A DNA stretch of 64,000 nucleotides from Calditrichaceae bacterium. GTDB taxonomy: Bacteria; Calditrichota; Calditrichia; Calditrichales; JBFXGD01. Below the pieces are notes generated by a model. That model was not told where the DNA came from and made no database searches. It worked only from the letters and a program-made list of their open reading frames with translations. Of this stretch, positions 1-11,411 are shown in pieces (the stretch's first letter is position 1; each line of letters begins with the position of its first letter). The translations under genes and the position numbers were made by a program. Location: the NCBI GenBank assembly GCA_050173015.1, contig JBFXLE010000005.1, positions 160,001 to 224,000 on the forward strand, given 5' to 3'.

Positions 1-1
1 C

Positions 2-649
2 ATAAACCTGAATGAATCAATTTTTACTGACTTAACTACCATCGGGATTAGCAGTCTGATATTAGGTGCTATATTAGTTTTTATCGGTTTATGGGTTTCT
101 TCAAGAGCCAACCTGGGAGCGCCGCTAATTGCAAGATTCTTTTCTAAAAAACCAATTAACATAATAAAGAGAGAAGCCATCCTGTCAAGTATTCTTTTAG
201 CGGCAATGGTGGCTTTAATTCTATTGGGTTTATTTGAAATTCAAAAAGAGTTCTATCCGGTTGCGAATAAACTTTCACGCCCATCCAAACCTTTTTATGC
301 TCTTGTGTCATTCTCTGCCGGAATTACTGAAGAGATAATGTTTAGATTAGGATTAATGTCGTTCATAATAACGGTGATTCAATTTTTAAAAAAAGTTGAA
401 AATCCATCGAATAAAATTGTCTGGACAGGCATATTAATTTCCGCGATATTTTTTGGGCTTATCCACCTTCCCTTATCGAAAAATTTTGTAGAGTTAACAC
501 CTTTTACAATTAGCGTGACAATGATTGGAAATTTAATAACAGGGTCAACATTTGGCTGGATATTTTGGAAACGAGGATTATTAGTCGCGATTTTATCACA
601 TGTTGTGTTTGATTTAGTTTTTCATGTAATAGGAACACCATACGCATAA
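2..649 (+). CDS. CPBP (CAAX/Abi) family intramembrane metalloprotease, 5'-truncated by window edge
   Basis: Frame is open from position 2 (INLNESIFTDL...) into ORF 206..649; motifs EEIMFR, FFGLIH, HVVFD; hydrophobic. Confidence 0.85.
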   Translation: MNLNESIFTDLTTIGISSLILGAILVFIGLWVSSRANLGAPLIARFFSKKPINIIKREAILSSILLAAMVALILLGLFEIQKEFYPVANKLSRPSKPFYALVSFSAGITEEIMFRLGLMSFIITVIQFLKKVENPSNKIVWTGILISAIFFGLIHLPLSKNFVELTPFTISVTMIGNLITGSTFGWIFWKRGLLVAILSHVVFDLVFHVIGTPYA

Positions 650-658
650 AATAACAAT

Positions 659-790
659 GGCTAACATTGGCTATAATTCATTGGGGTTTTGTGCCACACC
701 ATAATAAAAGTATATATCAAACGACTGATTTCTCAGCGGAATAATCCTCGGGATGATTCCACAACGAAATCATAGCCGATGCCGTTACCC
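659..790 (+). mobile_element. attC-like cassette recombination site 1
   Basis: GGCTAAC (R'') 10 bp after the stop codon; ATTGGCTATAATTC pairs imperfectly with GAAATCATAGCCGAT; ends in GTTACCC (R'). Confidence 0.7.
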
Positions 791-949
791 GCAAGCAAAT
801 GTCAAGCGGAGCTCATAAATAATCGTGCATTTGTAAGCTTTTACGTTGGTATGACTTGTTGCGTATGACCAATCGCGCGTATTAATAAACCAGTCAGGCG
901 GTCTTCTTTAAATCAAACGATCAATTTCCTGTTTTAAACCAAATCCGCG

Positions 950-1077
950 CGCTAACAATCCATAAAAATCATCGCTAAACTTCTGCAATTTTAGAAATTT
1001 CTTTTTCTCTTTAATCGTTATGTCTTTTAGTTATGTTTCTGCTTTATTCCTAACGCCTTTGATGCTCAATGTTAGCA
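950..1077 (+). mobile_element. attC-like site 2 (closes an ORF-less cassette)
   Basis: CGCTAACA...TGTTAGCA ends pair; CATAAAA/TTTGATG inner boxes; length similar to the other sites. Confidence 0.45.
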
Positions 1078-1128
1078 GGAAGGCTGGAAGCCACGAAAGA
1101 AACGATAAACTTTAGATCTATAACTTAA

Positions 1129-3318
<2,190 letters not shown>

Positions 3319-3325
3319 ACCCGGC

Positions 3326-3458
3326 TGCTAACACCATATATAAATAATGGCGGGGCTTGCAGCGTATTAAAGCGTTCTGCCCCGCCATTAACTTTTGTGG
3401 CAATTTGACGGGATTCAGCCCCGAAGTCCGCCACTACACATATGCGTAACCGTTAAAT
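3326..3458 (+). mobile_element. attC-like site 3
   Basis: TGCTAAC just after the katG stop; CATATAT..TAATGGCGG pairs with CCGCCACTA..ATATG; ends in GTTAAAT. Confidence 0.75.
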
Positions 3459-3891
3459 TGATTATCAATATTGCGTATATCAAGGACATTTACCCGGAAA
3501 AAATACGCGGTTCCGCTCTTTTAATTGCATCAATTCGTTCTGGTTTATAGGTTTTCATTGAGTCCTACGCCGATTTGCTCACCTCCGGTTAAACCCAATC
3601 CGTAATGCGCCGAATTACTTAGCAAAACTCTTAGACCTTATTTTTGTTATCTTTAACCTTAGTAGAATAAACGCGACAAAAATACAAAACCTTATTATCT
3701 TATCCGCTTTACAAATCAGACTAGCAATCTTTCATACATTTTGTATCCAGCTCGTCGTTCTCTCCCTGAACAAACCCAAATCGTCCGGGGAATAGAAACC
3801 CGCCTATCGATTGGCGACAAAATAGAGCAAAGCATAAATTGAGCATAGTAAACGGGAAAAAGATTACGAGCCTGACCAAAAATATATAAAC

Positions 3892-4940
3892 AGATAATAA
3901 TATCATCCCTTTGGGGTTAGATATAATCAATGTACCATTTAGCTACAATAATTTCAGCCCTTCGGTATTAAATAAACCAAATCAAATCCCGAAAGAATAA
4001 AAATATCTATTTGAATGGCTTGAAGAATGATGCCACCCCTCCGGGGTTTGGTATAATCGATAAACCATATATCTATAATAATATCAGCCCTTCGGGCTTA
4101 TAAAACCAAACCAAATCCCGATGGGATGACGTGATTATAGGTGAAATAACCAACAAACTAAAATCCCAAAGGGGTGACATGATTATAGGATGAGATATTC
4201 ACAAAATATAAACCCCGAAGGGGTGAGATTATTATAAAGGGGAGATTATTGTAGAGATGAGATAACCACAAAATCCAAAATCCCGAAGGGATGATATGAT
4301 TATAGATGTGACAAGATTGAAAAAAACAAACCACAAAATCCAAACCCCGAAGGGGTGTCATTATTATAGAGATAATGTGATTATAGGATCAAATAATCAC
4401 AAAATCCAAAACCCCGAAGGGGTGACATGATTATAGGATGAGATATTCACAAAATATAAACCCCGAAGGGGTGAAATTATTATAGAGATGAGATAACCAC
4501 AAGATCAAAAACCCCGAAGGGGTGACATGATTATAGATGTGACAAGATTGAAAAAAACAAACCACAAAATCCAAACCCCGAAGGGGTGACATTATTATAG
4601 AGATAATGTGATTATAGGATCAAATAATCACAAGATCCAAAATCCCGAAGGGATGATATGATTATAGATGTGACATGATTGAAAAAAACAAACCACAAAA
4701 TCCAAACCCCGAAGGGGTGCCATAATTATAGAGATAATGTGATTATAGGATCAAATAATCACAAAATCCAAAATCCCGAAGGGATGACATGATTATAGAT
4801 GTGACATGAATGTAAAAAACAAACCACAAAATCCAAACCCCGAAGGGGTGACATGATTATAGATGTGAAATGGTTATAAATGTGAGATGATTATAAAGAA
4901 CGAACAACAATATCCCGAAGGGTTGACATTATTATAGAAG
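3892..4940. repeat. left REP-like hairpin array (about 4 inverted + 14 direct units)
   Basis: Consensus AAA(C/T)CCCGAAGGG(G/A)TGACATGATTATAG; hairpin ACCCC-GAA-GGGGT or ATCCC-GAA-GGGAT; spacing about 48-77 bp with recurring linkers. Confidence 0.9.
3999..4030 (+). pseudogene. remnant of the 3' end of a second tnpA copy (KYLFEWLEE*)
   Basis: 3999-4040 is identical to 5439-5480 (offset 1440). Confidence 0.8.
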
Positions 4941-5005
4941 TAACATTATTATAGGGTTGACGTGGTTATGGGTGATGTGTTTTATAAAAATCCAGGGAGG
5001 ACGAT

Positions 5006-5470
5006 ATGTCCGGAACGTATTCACAAATCTACATACATATTGTTTTCGCCGTAAAAGGCCGTGGAAATATCATATCCAAAACATGGCAAAACGAATTGCA
5101 TAAATATCTAGCAGGTATCATTACCAACAAAGATCAAAAATCAATTATTGTAAACGGGGTGTCAGACCATGTTCATGTGTTTGTTGGCTTAAAGCCTTCA
5201 ATGCCTGTTTCAGATTTGGTTCGAGATATAAAAAACAACTCAACCAATTTTATAAATAAAAAAAATTTTGTGAGCGAAAAATTTGCATGGCAAGAAGGTT
5301 ACGGCGCTTTTTCATATGGTCATACACAAATTGAACAGGTATATAATTACATATTAAATCAGGAAGAACATCATCACAAAAAAACATTCAAAGAAGAATA
5401 CATGGAATTTCTTCGAAAAAACGAAATAGAGCATAATGAAAAATATCTATTTGAATGGCTTGAAGAATGA
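5006..5470 (+). CDS. tnpA: Y1 HUH transposase, IS200/IS605 TnpA family, REP-associated (RAYT-like)
   Basis: HIVFAVKGR, DHVH (HUH), WQEGY, YILNQ catalytic Tyr; GGAGG RBS; no tnpB; flanked by hairpin arrays. Confidence 0.92.
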   Translation: MSGTYSQIYIHIVFAVKGRGNIISKTWQNELHKYLAGIITNKDQKSIIVNGVSDHVHVFVGLKPSMPVSDLVRDIKNNSTNFINKKNFVSEKFAWQEGYGAFSYGHTQIEQVYNYILNQEEHHHKKTFKEEYMEFLRKNEIEHNEKYLFEWLEE

Positions 5471-6272
5471 TGCCACCCCTTTGGGGTTTGAGAAAGACTA
5501 TAATCCATCTAGCTATAATAATATCAGCCCTTCGGGCTTAAAAAAAACCAAACCAAAATCCCGAAGGGGTGACATGATTATAGGATGAGATATTCACAAA
5601 ATATAAACCCCGAAGGGGTGAGATTATTATAGAGATAATGTGATTATAGGATCAAATAATCACAAGATCCAAAATCCCGAAGGGATGATATGATTATAGA
5701 TGTGACATGATTGAAAAAAACAAACCACAAAATCCAAACCCCGAAGGGGTGCCATAATTATAGAGATAATGTGATTATAGGATCAAATAATCACAAAATC
5801 CAAAATCCCGAAGGGATGACATAATTATAGATGTAAGACGATTATAAAGAACAAACAACGAAGACCAAAATCCCGAAGGGATGATATGATTATAGATGTG
5901 ACAAGATTGAAAAAAACAAACCACAAAATCCAAACCCCGAAGGGGTGTCATTATTATAGAGATGAGATAACCACAAGATCAAAAACCCCGAAGGGGTGAC
6001 ATGATTATAGATGTGACAAGATTGAAAAAAACAAACCACAAAATCCAAACCCCGAAGGGGTGACATTATTATAGAGATAATGTGATTATAGGATCAAATA
6101 ATCACAAGATCCAAAATCCCGAAGGGATGATATGATTATAGATGTGACAAGATTGAAAAAAACAAACCACAAAATCCAAACCCCGAAGGGGTGCCATTAT
6201 TATAGAGATAATGTGATTATAGGATCAAATAATCACAAGATCCAAAATCCCGAAGGGATGACATTATTATAG
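5465..6272. repeat. right REP-like hairpin array (2 inverted + 12 direct units)
   Basis: Same consensus and linker types as the left array. Confidence 0.9.
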
Positions 6273-6365
6273 ATGAAGAAAAATATTTGAAATCAGTACG
6301 TGGTGATAATTACATTGATAATAAAAAAAAGCAAACCGATATATGACAACAAATTAAACGCGAAC

Positions 6366-6440
6366 GCGTAACAGCGTTTGCGCCGGCTGATAATTACGAA
6401 ACCCGCAATCTTAAACCATTTATACACGTAAACATTTACC
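6366..6440 (+). mobile_element. degenerate attC-like remnant
   Basis: GCGTAACAGCGT ... TTATACACGTAAACATTTACC; R' GTT apparently mutated; short. Confidence 0.3.
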
Positions 6441-6463
6441 AATCAAAAAAGACCGGGAAGAAC

Positions 6464-7129
6464 ATGACACTAAAAGAAACACTTGAACAGCTTAAATCGC
6501 TAAGCGATGAAAAGACAAGAGCCTACAATATTAAGAATGGTGTAGGCGAAAATCAGTATGGTGTAAAACTCGGCGACCTCCGAAAGGTGGCCAAAAAGAT
6601 AAAGACAAACCATGGCCTGGCCATTGAATTATGGGAAACAGAGAACTTCGACGCGCAAATGCTGGCAATGCTCCTCATCAAACCAGATGAACTTAAAGCC
6701 GGTGAATTGGATGCGATGGTGCGCTCTGTGAAATATACCCGGGTGGCGGACTGGCTGAACTCCTATGTGGTGAAACTCCACCCTGACAACGAAACACTAC
6801 GCCGGAAATGGATGAAGGACGCCAACCCCATGGCAGCCCGCGCAGGCTGGAACCTGACTTCCCAGCGTGTAGTAAAGAATCCTGAAATGGTAGATATACC
6901 GGCATTACTTGACCGTATTGAAAGCGAATTGGCTGCAGCCGCTCCGGAAGCGCAGTGGACCATGAACTTCTGTCTTGCCGAGATAGGCATCAACCATTCC
7001 GGGTACCGGCAGAGGGCCATTGATATTGGAGAAAAGTTGGGTGTGTATCGCGACTATCCCGTTTCAAAAGGTTGTACATCACCATTCGCCCCAATTTGGA
7101 TAAAAGAAATAGTTAGCAGACAAGAGTAA
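6464..7129 (+). CDS. DNA alkylation repair protein (AlkD-like HEAT-repeat family)
   Basis: GVKLGDLRKVAKKI, ELWET, WTMNFCLAEIGI, C-terminal YRDYPVSKGCTSPFAP typical of this family. Confidence 0.85.
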   Translation: MTLKETLEQLKSLSDEKTRAYNIKNGVGENQYGVKLGDLRKVAKKIKTNHGLAIELWETENFDAQMLAMLLIKPDELKAGELDAMVRSVKYTRVADWLNSYVVKLHPDNETLRRKWMKDANPMAARAGWNLTSQRVVKNPEMVDIPALLDRIESELAAAAPEAQWTMNFCLAEIGINHSGYRQRAIDIGEKLGVYRDYPVSKGCTSPFAPIWIKEIVSRQE

Positions 7130-7138
7130 AAAAACCTG

Positions 7139-7271
7139 GCCCGACAACGGCTCAGAAAACATACGGATTGATGACATAGATGGAAGCATTTTCGATCTAA
7201 CAAAAACCATGTACACGACTGAAAAATACGTGATCTTCAACCCGCGCGTTGCTAAACCGGGACCGTTATGC
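7139..7271 (+). mobile_element. degenerate attC-like site (last in array)
   Basis: GCCCGAC (mutated R'') AACGGCTCAG..CGGATTGA pairs with TCAACCCG..CTAAACCG; intact R' GTTATGC. Confidence 0.55.
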
Positions 7272-7306
7272 TGAAAAAACGGAATAGTGCATTCACATTC
7301 CAAAAG

Positions 7307-9553
7307 TTAAATACTAAATAGGTATTGAAATTTCATAAAAAATTGTCGTGAGGTCTGCTCCCACCCGGCTTCGGTATAATCACGATAGTTATGCGATGAG
7401 CCCATATAAAATATGGTAAAGGGATTTAATTTATAACTCAATAACGGTTCTACAGAGAACCTGCTGTTGAAGTCGTTGTATTGAAAGACCAATCGTAAAA
7501 ACAACTCGCGCGTGAACTGCAAATTATTTCTCAGTCTGAAGATATACCCGCTAAATACTTTTTCATCATTGTCAAGCCGGTACATATCTGAGAAACGGAC
7601 GGCGGGTTCAATAATCCATCTTTGAGCCGGTTTAATGGTACCCCAAAATTCAAAATTGGTACCTCTTCCTTTTACGGGATCATCATCAAAACGGTTGGCA
7701 ATCATCCGCCCGGTTTGAAGCCAAAATCCGAGATGCAGCGGATCTGAAAAATCGGTATCAAATTCCATTTCAAAGCGGTTAATATCGGAAAATAGCTTAT
7801 CCTTGAATCGCTCGCTGTTGAATAAATAGGCGACACTAAAAAAGGTCTGTTTTTTAAAACGAAAAGAAAGTGATGGATTTATCCACTCGTCTTTTATGAT
7901 ACCATCATAATTCCAGACTCTTCCTGTACTGACACTTGGATTGATCCGGTTCAGATATTTGTTGTCAAAATAGAAGGTATATCCGTTCCACACGGAGGCC
8001 TGTCTGCGGTTACTGCTGGTAACAAAACCGTTATCTGCCCTAAATGTGGGTGATGTTTGCCTGAAATCAATATCAAAATTCCAGTGACGGGCATCTCTTT
8101 CAAAACTAGCGTAAACCGCGTTTCCGTTATATTCTTCTCCGTCAAAGGATGCGGAATAATTCCCGTCATCAAACCGGATACCATTCAATTCGCTTGTTCT
8201 GGATGTATCGTTTGGTTCAGCGGTTCTGCTGGTCACCGCCTGAACTTCAAGCCGGTAATTGTCAAGGAGTCGGAGGGATCCGTCAATTCCAATGGTGGTG
8301 CCGGATCCGCCACCGTCATAGCGCCGGTCCGTAATAATGGTTCCGAGATATGAATCTTCCAGGAAAGTTTGTTTAAATCTTAAGATATTGGATACACTGC
8401 GCTCCATCGGTACGAAGGAGCTCCGTTCCTCAAAAGGGAGAATCAGTGGTGTTGTTTCGTCGACGGCTGTGAGGAAGGCGAGTGTGGAACGCCGCCAGCG
8501 CCCGATAACTTTGCCCGCGGCAACCGGATCATTTATTGAGCGGGTGTAAACCACGTCAACCCATGTGGAGAATAAATCACTTCCCTCCAGGAAAAAAGGT
8601 CTTTTTTCGGAGAAACTCAACGCAAACGGCTGATTAATATCAATTTTGTCGGCATCGGATTCAACCTGGCTGAAATCGGGATTGTAGCTCCCTTCAACGG
8701 TAAGGCTTGGAGTGATGGTCCATTTAATTCCCAGGGACGCGTCACCATTAATGTCATGATTTTTGAAGTCGGAATCAGGATCAGATGGATCCTCAAGCGT
8801 AGCGGTCTGATTTGTAATCAAAGAAGGCAATAATTCAACTGATCTGCCGGATTCCACGTTTTTTATATTTTTCAAACTCCCGTATTGGCAAAGAAAGCAA
8901 GGATTATCCCGGTCAATTGCCGCCCACGAGTATGTGTTTCGGCTTTCCCGGGGATGTGTTCTCCAGAAATTGACGCGCCAGACCTGTTCATCGCGATCAG
9001 GGAAACGCAGGCTGGTAAACGGAATAGCCATTTCGACCTGATAGCCGGTTTCGGTAATTTTACCGTTGCTGGAAAATATGAGATCAAATCCGTCATCCTC
9101 GCCTGCGCTGCTTGAATAACGTGTATCACCCTGAACACCCAGAGGATTAGAAAATATAAAATATGCCCAGCTTGCATCGCCATAAGTATCTATGAGCAAC
9201 CCGATATAATCATCCGACCAAATCTGATCCCGATCCCTGAGAGAAGCTCTTATTTTCCGCGGATCATCTTCGCAGAGAAACGCCACGTAAAGGTTGGTGT
9301 CATCGTATGTCATAAGAACTTCGGTTTTTACGGGAGGTTTTGTCTGATCGCCCGGTTCAGTCTCACTAAAATTATTAGCGCGGATGGCATGCGACCAGCC
9401 GTCATCCGATAAATCCCCATCAATTATGATATTTCCCTGCAGGCGGGTCAGTGATAATTCAGGCGCGATATTCGGCCTAAAGGTCTCAGGTTTTTGTATG
9501 TCTCCGGCAAAAATAAATATTGGAATCAAACAAAGGAAAACAATATACTTCAT
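7307..9553 (-). CDS. CBM9-like domain + DUF5916 outer-membrane protein
   Basis: Signal peptide, IDGDLSDDGW, NPDFSQVESD, EKRPFFLEG, C-terminal beta-strand FMKFQYLFSI. Confidence 0.85.
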   Translation of the reverse strand: MKYIVFLCLIPIFIFAGDIQKPETFRPNIAPELSLTRLQGNIIIDGDLSDDGWSHAIRANNFSETEPGDQTKPPVKTEVLMTYDDTNLYVAFLCEDDPRKIRASLRDRDQIWSDDYIGLLIDTYGDASWAYFIFSNPLGVQGDTRYSSSAGEDDGFDLIFSSNGKITETGYQVEMAIPFTSLRFPDRDEQVWRVNFWRTHPRESRNTYSWAAIDRDNPCFLCQYGSLKNIKNVESGRSVELLPSLITNQTATLEDPSDPDSDFKNHDINGDASLGIKWTITPSLTVEGSYNPDFSQVESDADKIDINQPFALSFSEKRPFFLEGSDLFSTWVDVVYTRSINDPVAAGKVIGRWRRSTLAFLTAVDETTPLILPFEERSSFVPMERSVSNILRFKQTFLEDSYLGTIITDRRYDGGGSGTTIGIDGSLRLLDNYRLEVQAVTSRTAEPNDTSRTSELNGIRFDDGNYSASFDGEEYNGNAVYASFERDARHWNFDIDFRQTSPTFRADNGFVTSSNRRQASVWNGYTFYFDNKYLNRINPSVSTGRVWNYDGIIKDEWINPSLSFRFKKQTFFSVAYLFNSERFKDKLFSDINRFEMEFDTDFSDPLHLGFWLQTGRMIANRFDDDPVKGRGTNFEFWGTIKPAQRWIIEPAVRFSDMYRLDNDEKVFSGYIFRLRNNLQFTRELFLRLVFQYNDFNSRFSVEPLLSYKLNPFTIFYMGSSHNYRDYTEAGWEQTSRQFFMKFQYLFSI

Positions 9554-9801
9554 CGGATATACTTTTCTTGTTAAATCATTAAAAATTGAAGGTGATTTCT
9601 TTTCTTTCTACGGTAATAACCCATTTTTGTTGCCAAATATTTAACAAAATTAAAGCTGATATATTTTTGAATACCATAAATAGTGAATTTCAAATTGGTT
9701 GATATTTCCTGCGGGTTAGATTAACTTACTTGCTATGGTAATAGTTACAAATTTAGCTGTTTGATATAATTATTAAAACTCTCACAAGAAAGGTGACATT
9801 C

Positions 9802-11310
9802 ATGAGATGGCAATTACCACGATCGACTCAAAATTGGATCACTCTCATTGGCGCCACAATAGCTATAATCAGTTTGTTTATGATTATATTTCTTTTTGTT
9901 GTATCCACTTTTTGGGTTTCGAACCATACCTATCTTGGGTTGGTTATATATATAATGCTTCCGGCTGTCATGATTATGGGGCTGTTGTTAATCCCTCTGG
10001 GAATGTTTGTTCAGATGAACCGGGAGAAGAAGCATAAAACGGTAATCAGACCGCCCTGGCCGCGCATAGATTTAAATGATTCGGTGCATCGAAACGCGTT
10101 TTTTATTTTCACCGTCGGGACAACAATTCTTCTGTTTTTGTCCGCGATCGGAAGTTATGAAGCATTTCATTTTACCGAGTCTGTTTCGTTTTGCGGAGAG
10201 ACCTGTCATTCCGTGATGCATCCGGAGTTTGTCGCGTATCAAAATTCCCCCCATGCCAGGGTGTCGTGCGTGGAGTGCCATGTGGGTTCGGGGGCAGACT
10301 GGTATGTGAGGTCCAAGATGTCCGGAACCTACCAGGTTTATGCCGTTCTCGCGGATGTATATCCGAAACCCATTCCAACCCCCATTGAAAATTTGCGACC
10401 GGCGAGAGAGACGTGTGAGCAATGCCACTGGCCGCAAAAGTTTTACTCCTTTAAAATCCGCCACGAAACCCATTATCTCTCAGATGAAAATAATACGCAG
10501 TGGGATATTGATCTGGTGATGAAAATCGGGGCCAAAAAATCGGCGCTCGGGCTTCAGGAAGGGATCCACTGGCATATAAATCCTGATATAAAAATTGAAT
10601 ATATCGCATCGGATAAGACAAGGGAAAAGCTGCCGTGGGTGCGCTATACCAACCGGAAAACAGGCGAAACAATTATATATAACGATCAGGATGAACCTCT
10701 TGATGAAGATCAGATAATGAATGGTGAAATGAGGACAATGGAGTGTATCGATTGCCATAACAGACCGTCGCATAATTACAGACCGCCGACCCTGTTTATC
10801 AACGAGGCCATGACTGCCGGGGCGATTCCAAAAGAACTGCCAAACATCAAGTCCGTGGCCATCGATCTGTGTGCCGAAGAATATTCAACAATGGATTCCG
10901 CGATGATGAGTATTGAAAAAGAAATCCATGAATATTACCGGGAAAATTACCCGGATATATACGAAAGTAAAACAGAACTGATCGGAATGGCGGTTACGGG
11001 TCTGCAGGAATCATTTTCAAAGAATATATTCCCGGAAATGAAGGTGAAATGGAGCGCCTACCCGAATCATATCGGGCATCTTGAATTCAACGGCTGTTTC
11101 CGCTGCCACAATGATACGCATACCAGCGAAAAGGGAGATATTATCAGGAAAGACTGCAACCTGTGTCATGTCATTAACGCCCAGGGGACTGCTGAAAATA
11201 TGGAAATCGGGCGAGTGGGGGACGCGCTTGAATTCAAGCATCCGGAAGATATTGATGAAGCCTGGAAGGAAATGCTGTGCATCGATTGTCATACAGGTTT
11301 AAATCCATAG
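9802..11310 (+). CDS. imcH: ImcH-like inner-membrane multiheme cytochrome c (NapC/NirT-related, 3 TM, 7 hemes)
   Basis: Three N-terminal TM helices; CGETCH plus six CxxCH (CVECH, CEQCH, CIDCH, CFRCH, CNLCH, CIDCH); RPARETC, GIHWH; ATG 9802 preferred over GTG 9793. Confidence 0.8.
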   Translation: MRWQLPRSTQNWITLIGATIAIISLFMIIFLFVVSTFWVSNHTYLGLVIYIMLPAVMIMGLLLIPLGMFVQMNREKKHKTVIRPPWPRIDLNDSVHRNAFFIFTVGTTILLFLSAIGSYEAFHFTESVSFCGETCHSVMHPEFVAYQNSPHARVSCVECHVGSGADWYVRSKMSGTYQVYAVLADVYPKPIPTPIENLRPARETCEQCHWPQKFYSFKIRHETHYLSDENNTQWDIDLVMKIGAKKSALGLQEGIHWHINPDIKIEYIASDKTREKLPWVRYTNRKTGETIIYNDQDEPLDEDQIMNGEMRTMECIDCHNRPSHNYRPPTLFINEAMTAGAIPKELPNIKSVAIDLCAEEYSTMDSAMMSIEKEIHEYYRENYPDIYESKTELIGMAVTGLQESFSKNIFPEMKVKWSAYPNHIGHLEFNGCFRCHNDTHTSEKGDIIRKDCNLCHVINAQGTAENMEIGRVGDALEFKHPEDIDEAWKEMLCIDCHTGLNP

Positions 11311-11340
11311 TAAAAATGACTCACATTGGCGTGAAATCGA

Positions 11341-11370
11341 CAAAAATAGCAGCTTCGGCTGCTATTTTTG
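11341..11370 (+). terminator. intrinsic terminator
   Basis: CAAAAATAGCAGC-TTCG-GCTGCTATTTTTG perfect hairpin. Confidence 0.85.
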
Positions 11371-11411
11371 TTTGAGCTGTCAATAATGAAATAATGTTCT
11401 AATTAGAAACA

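Noticed and set aside
4158-4361. 67-aa ORF on minus strand
   Set aside because: Translation of the repeat array (recurring TPLRG/IIPSG); not a credible gene
4113-6272. CRISPR array
   Set aside because: Spacers are not unique: a few related linker types recur and derive from the repeat tail; spacing is irregular, some units are inverted, no cas genes are present, and the array surrounds a Y1 transposase
5006-6300. IS605/IS200 element with TnpB or omega-RNA
   Set aside because: No tnpB/iscB ORF downstream; only hairpin repeats
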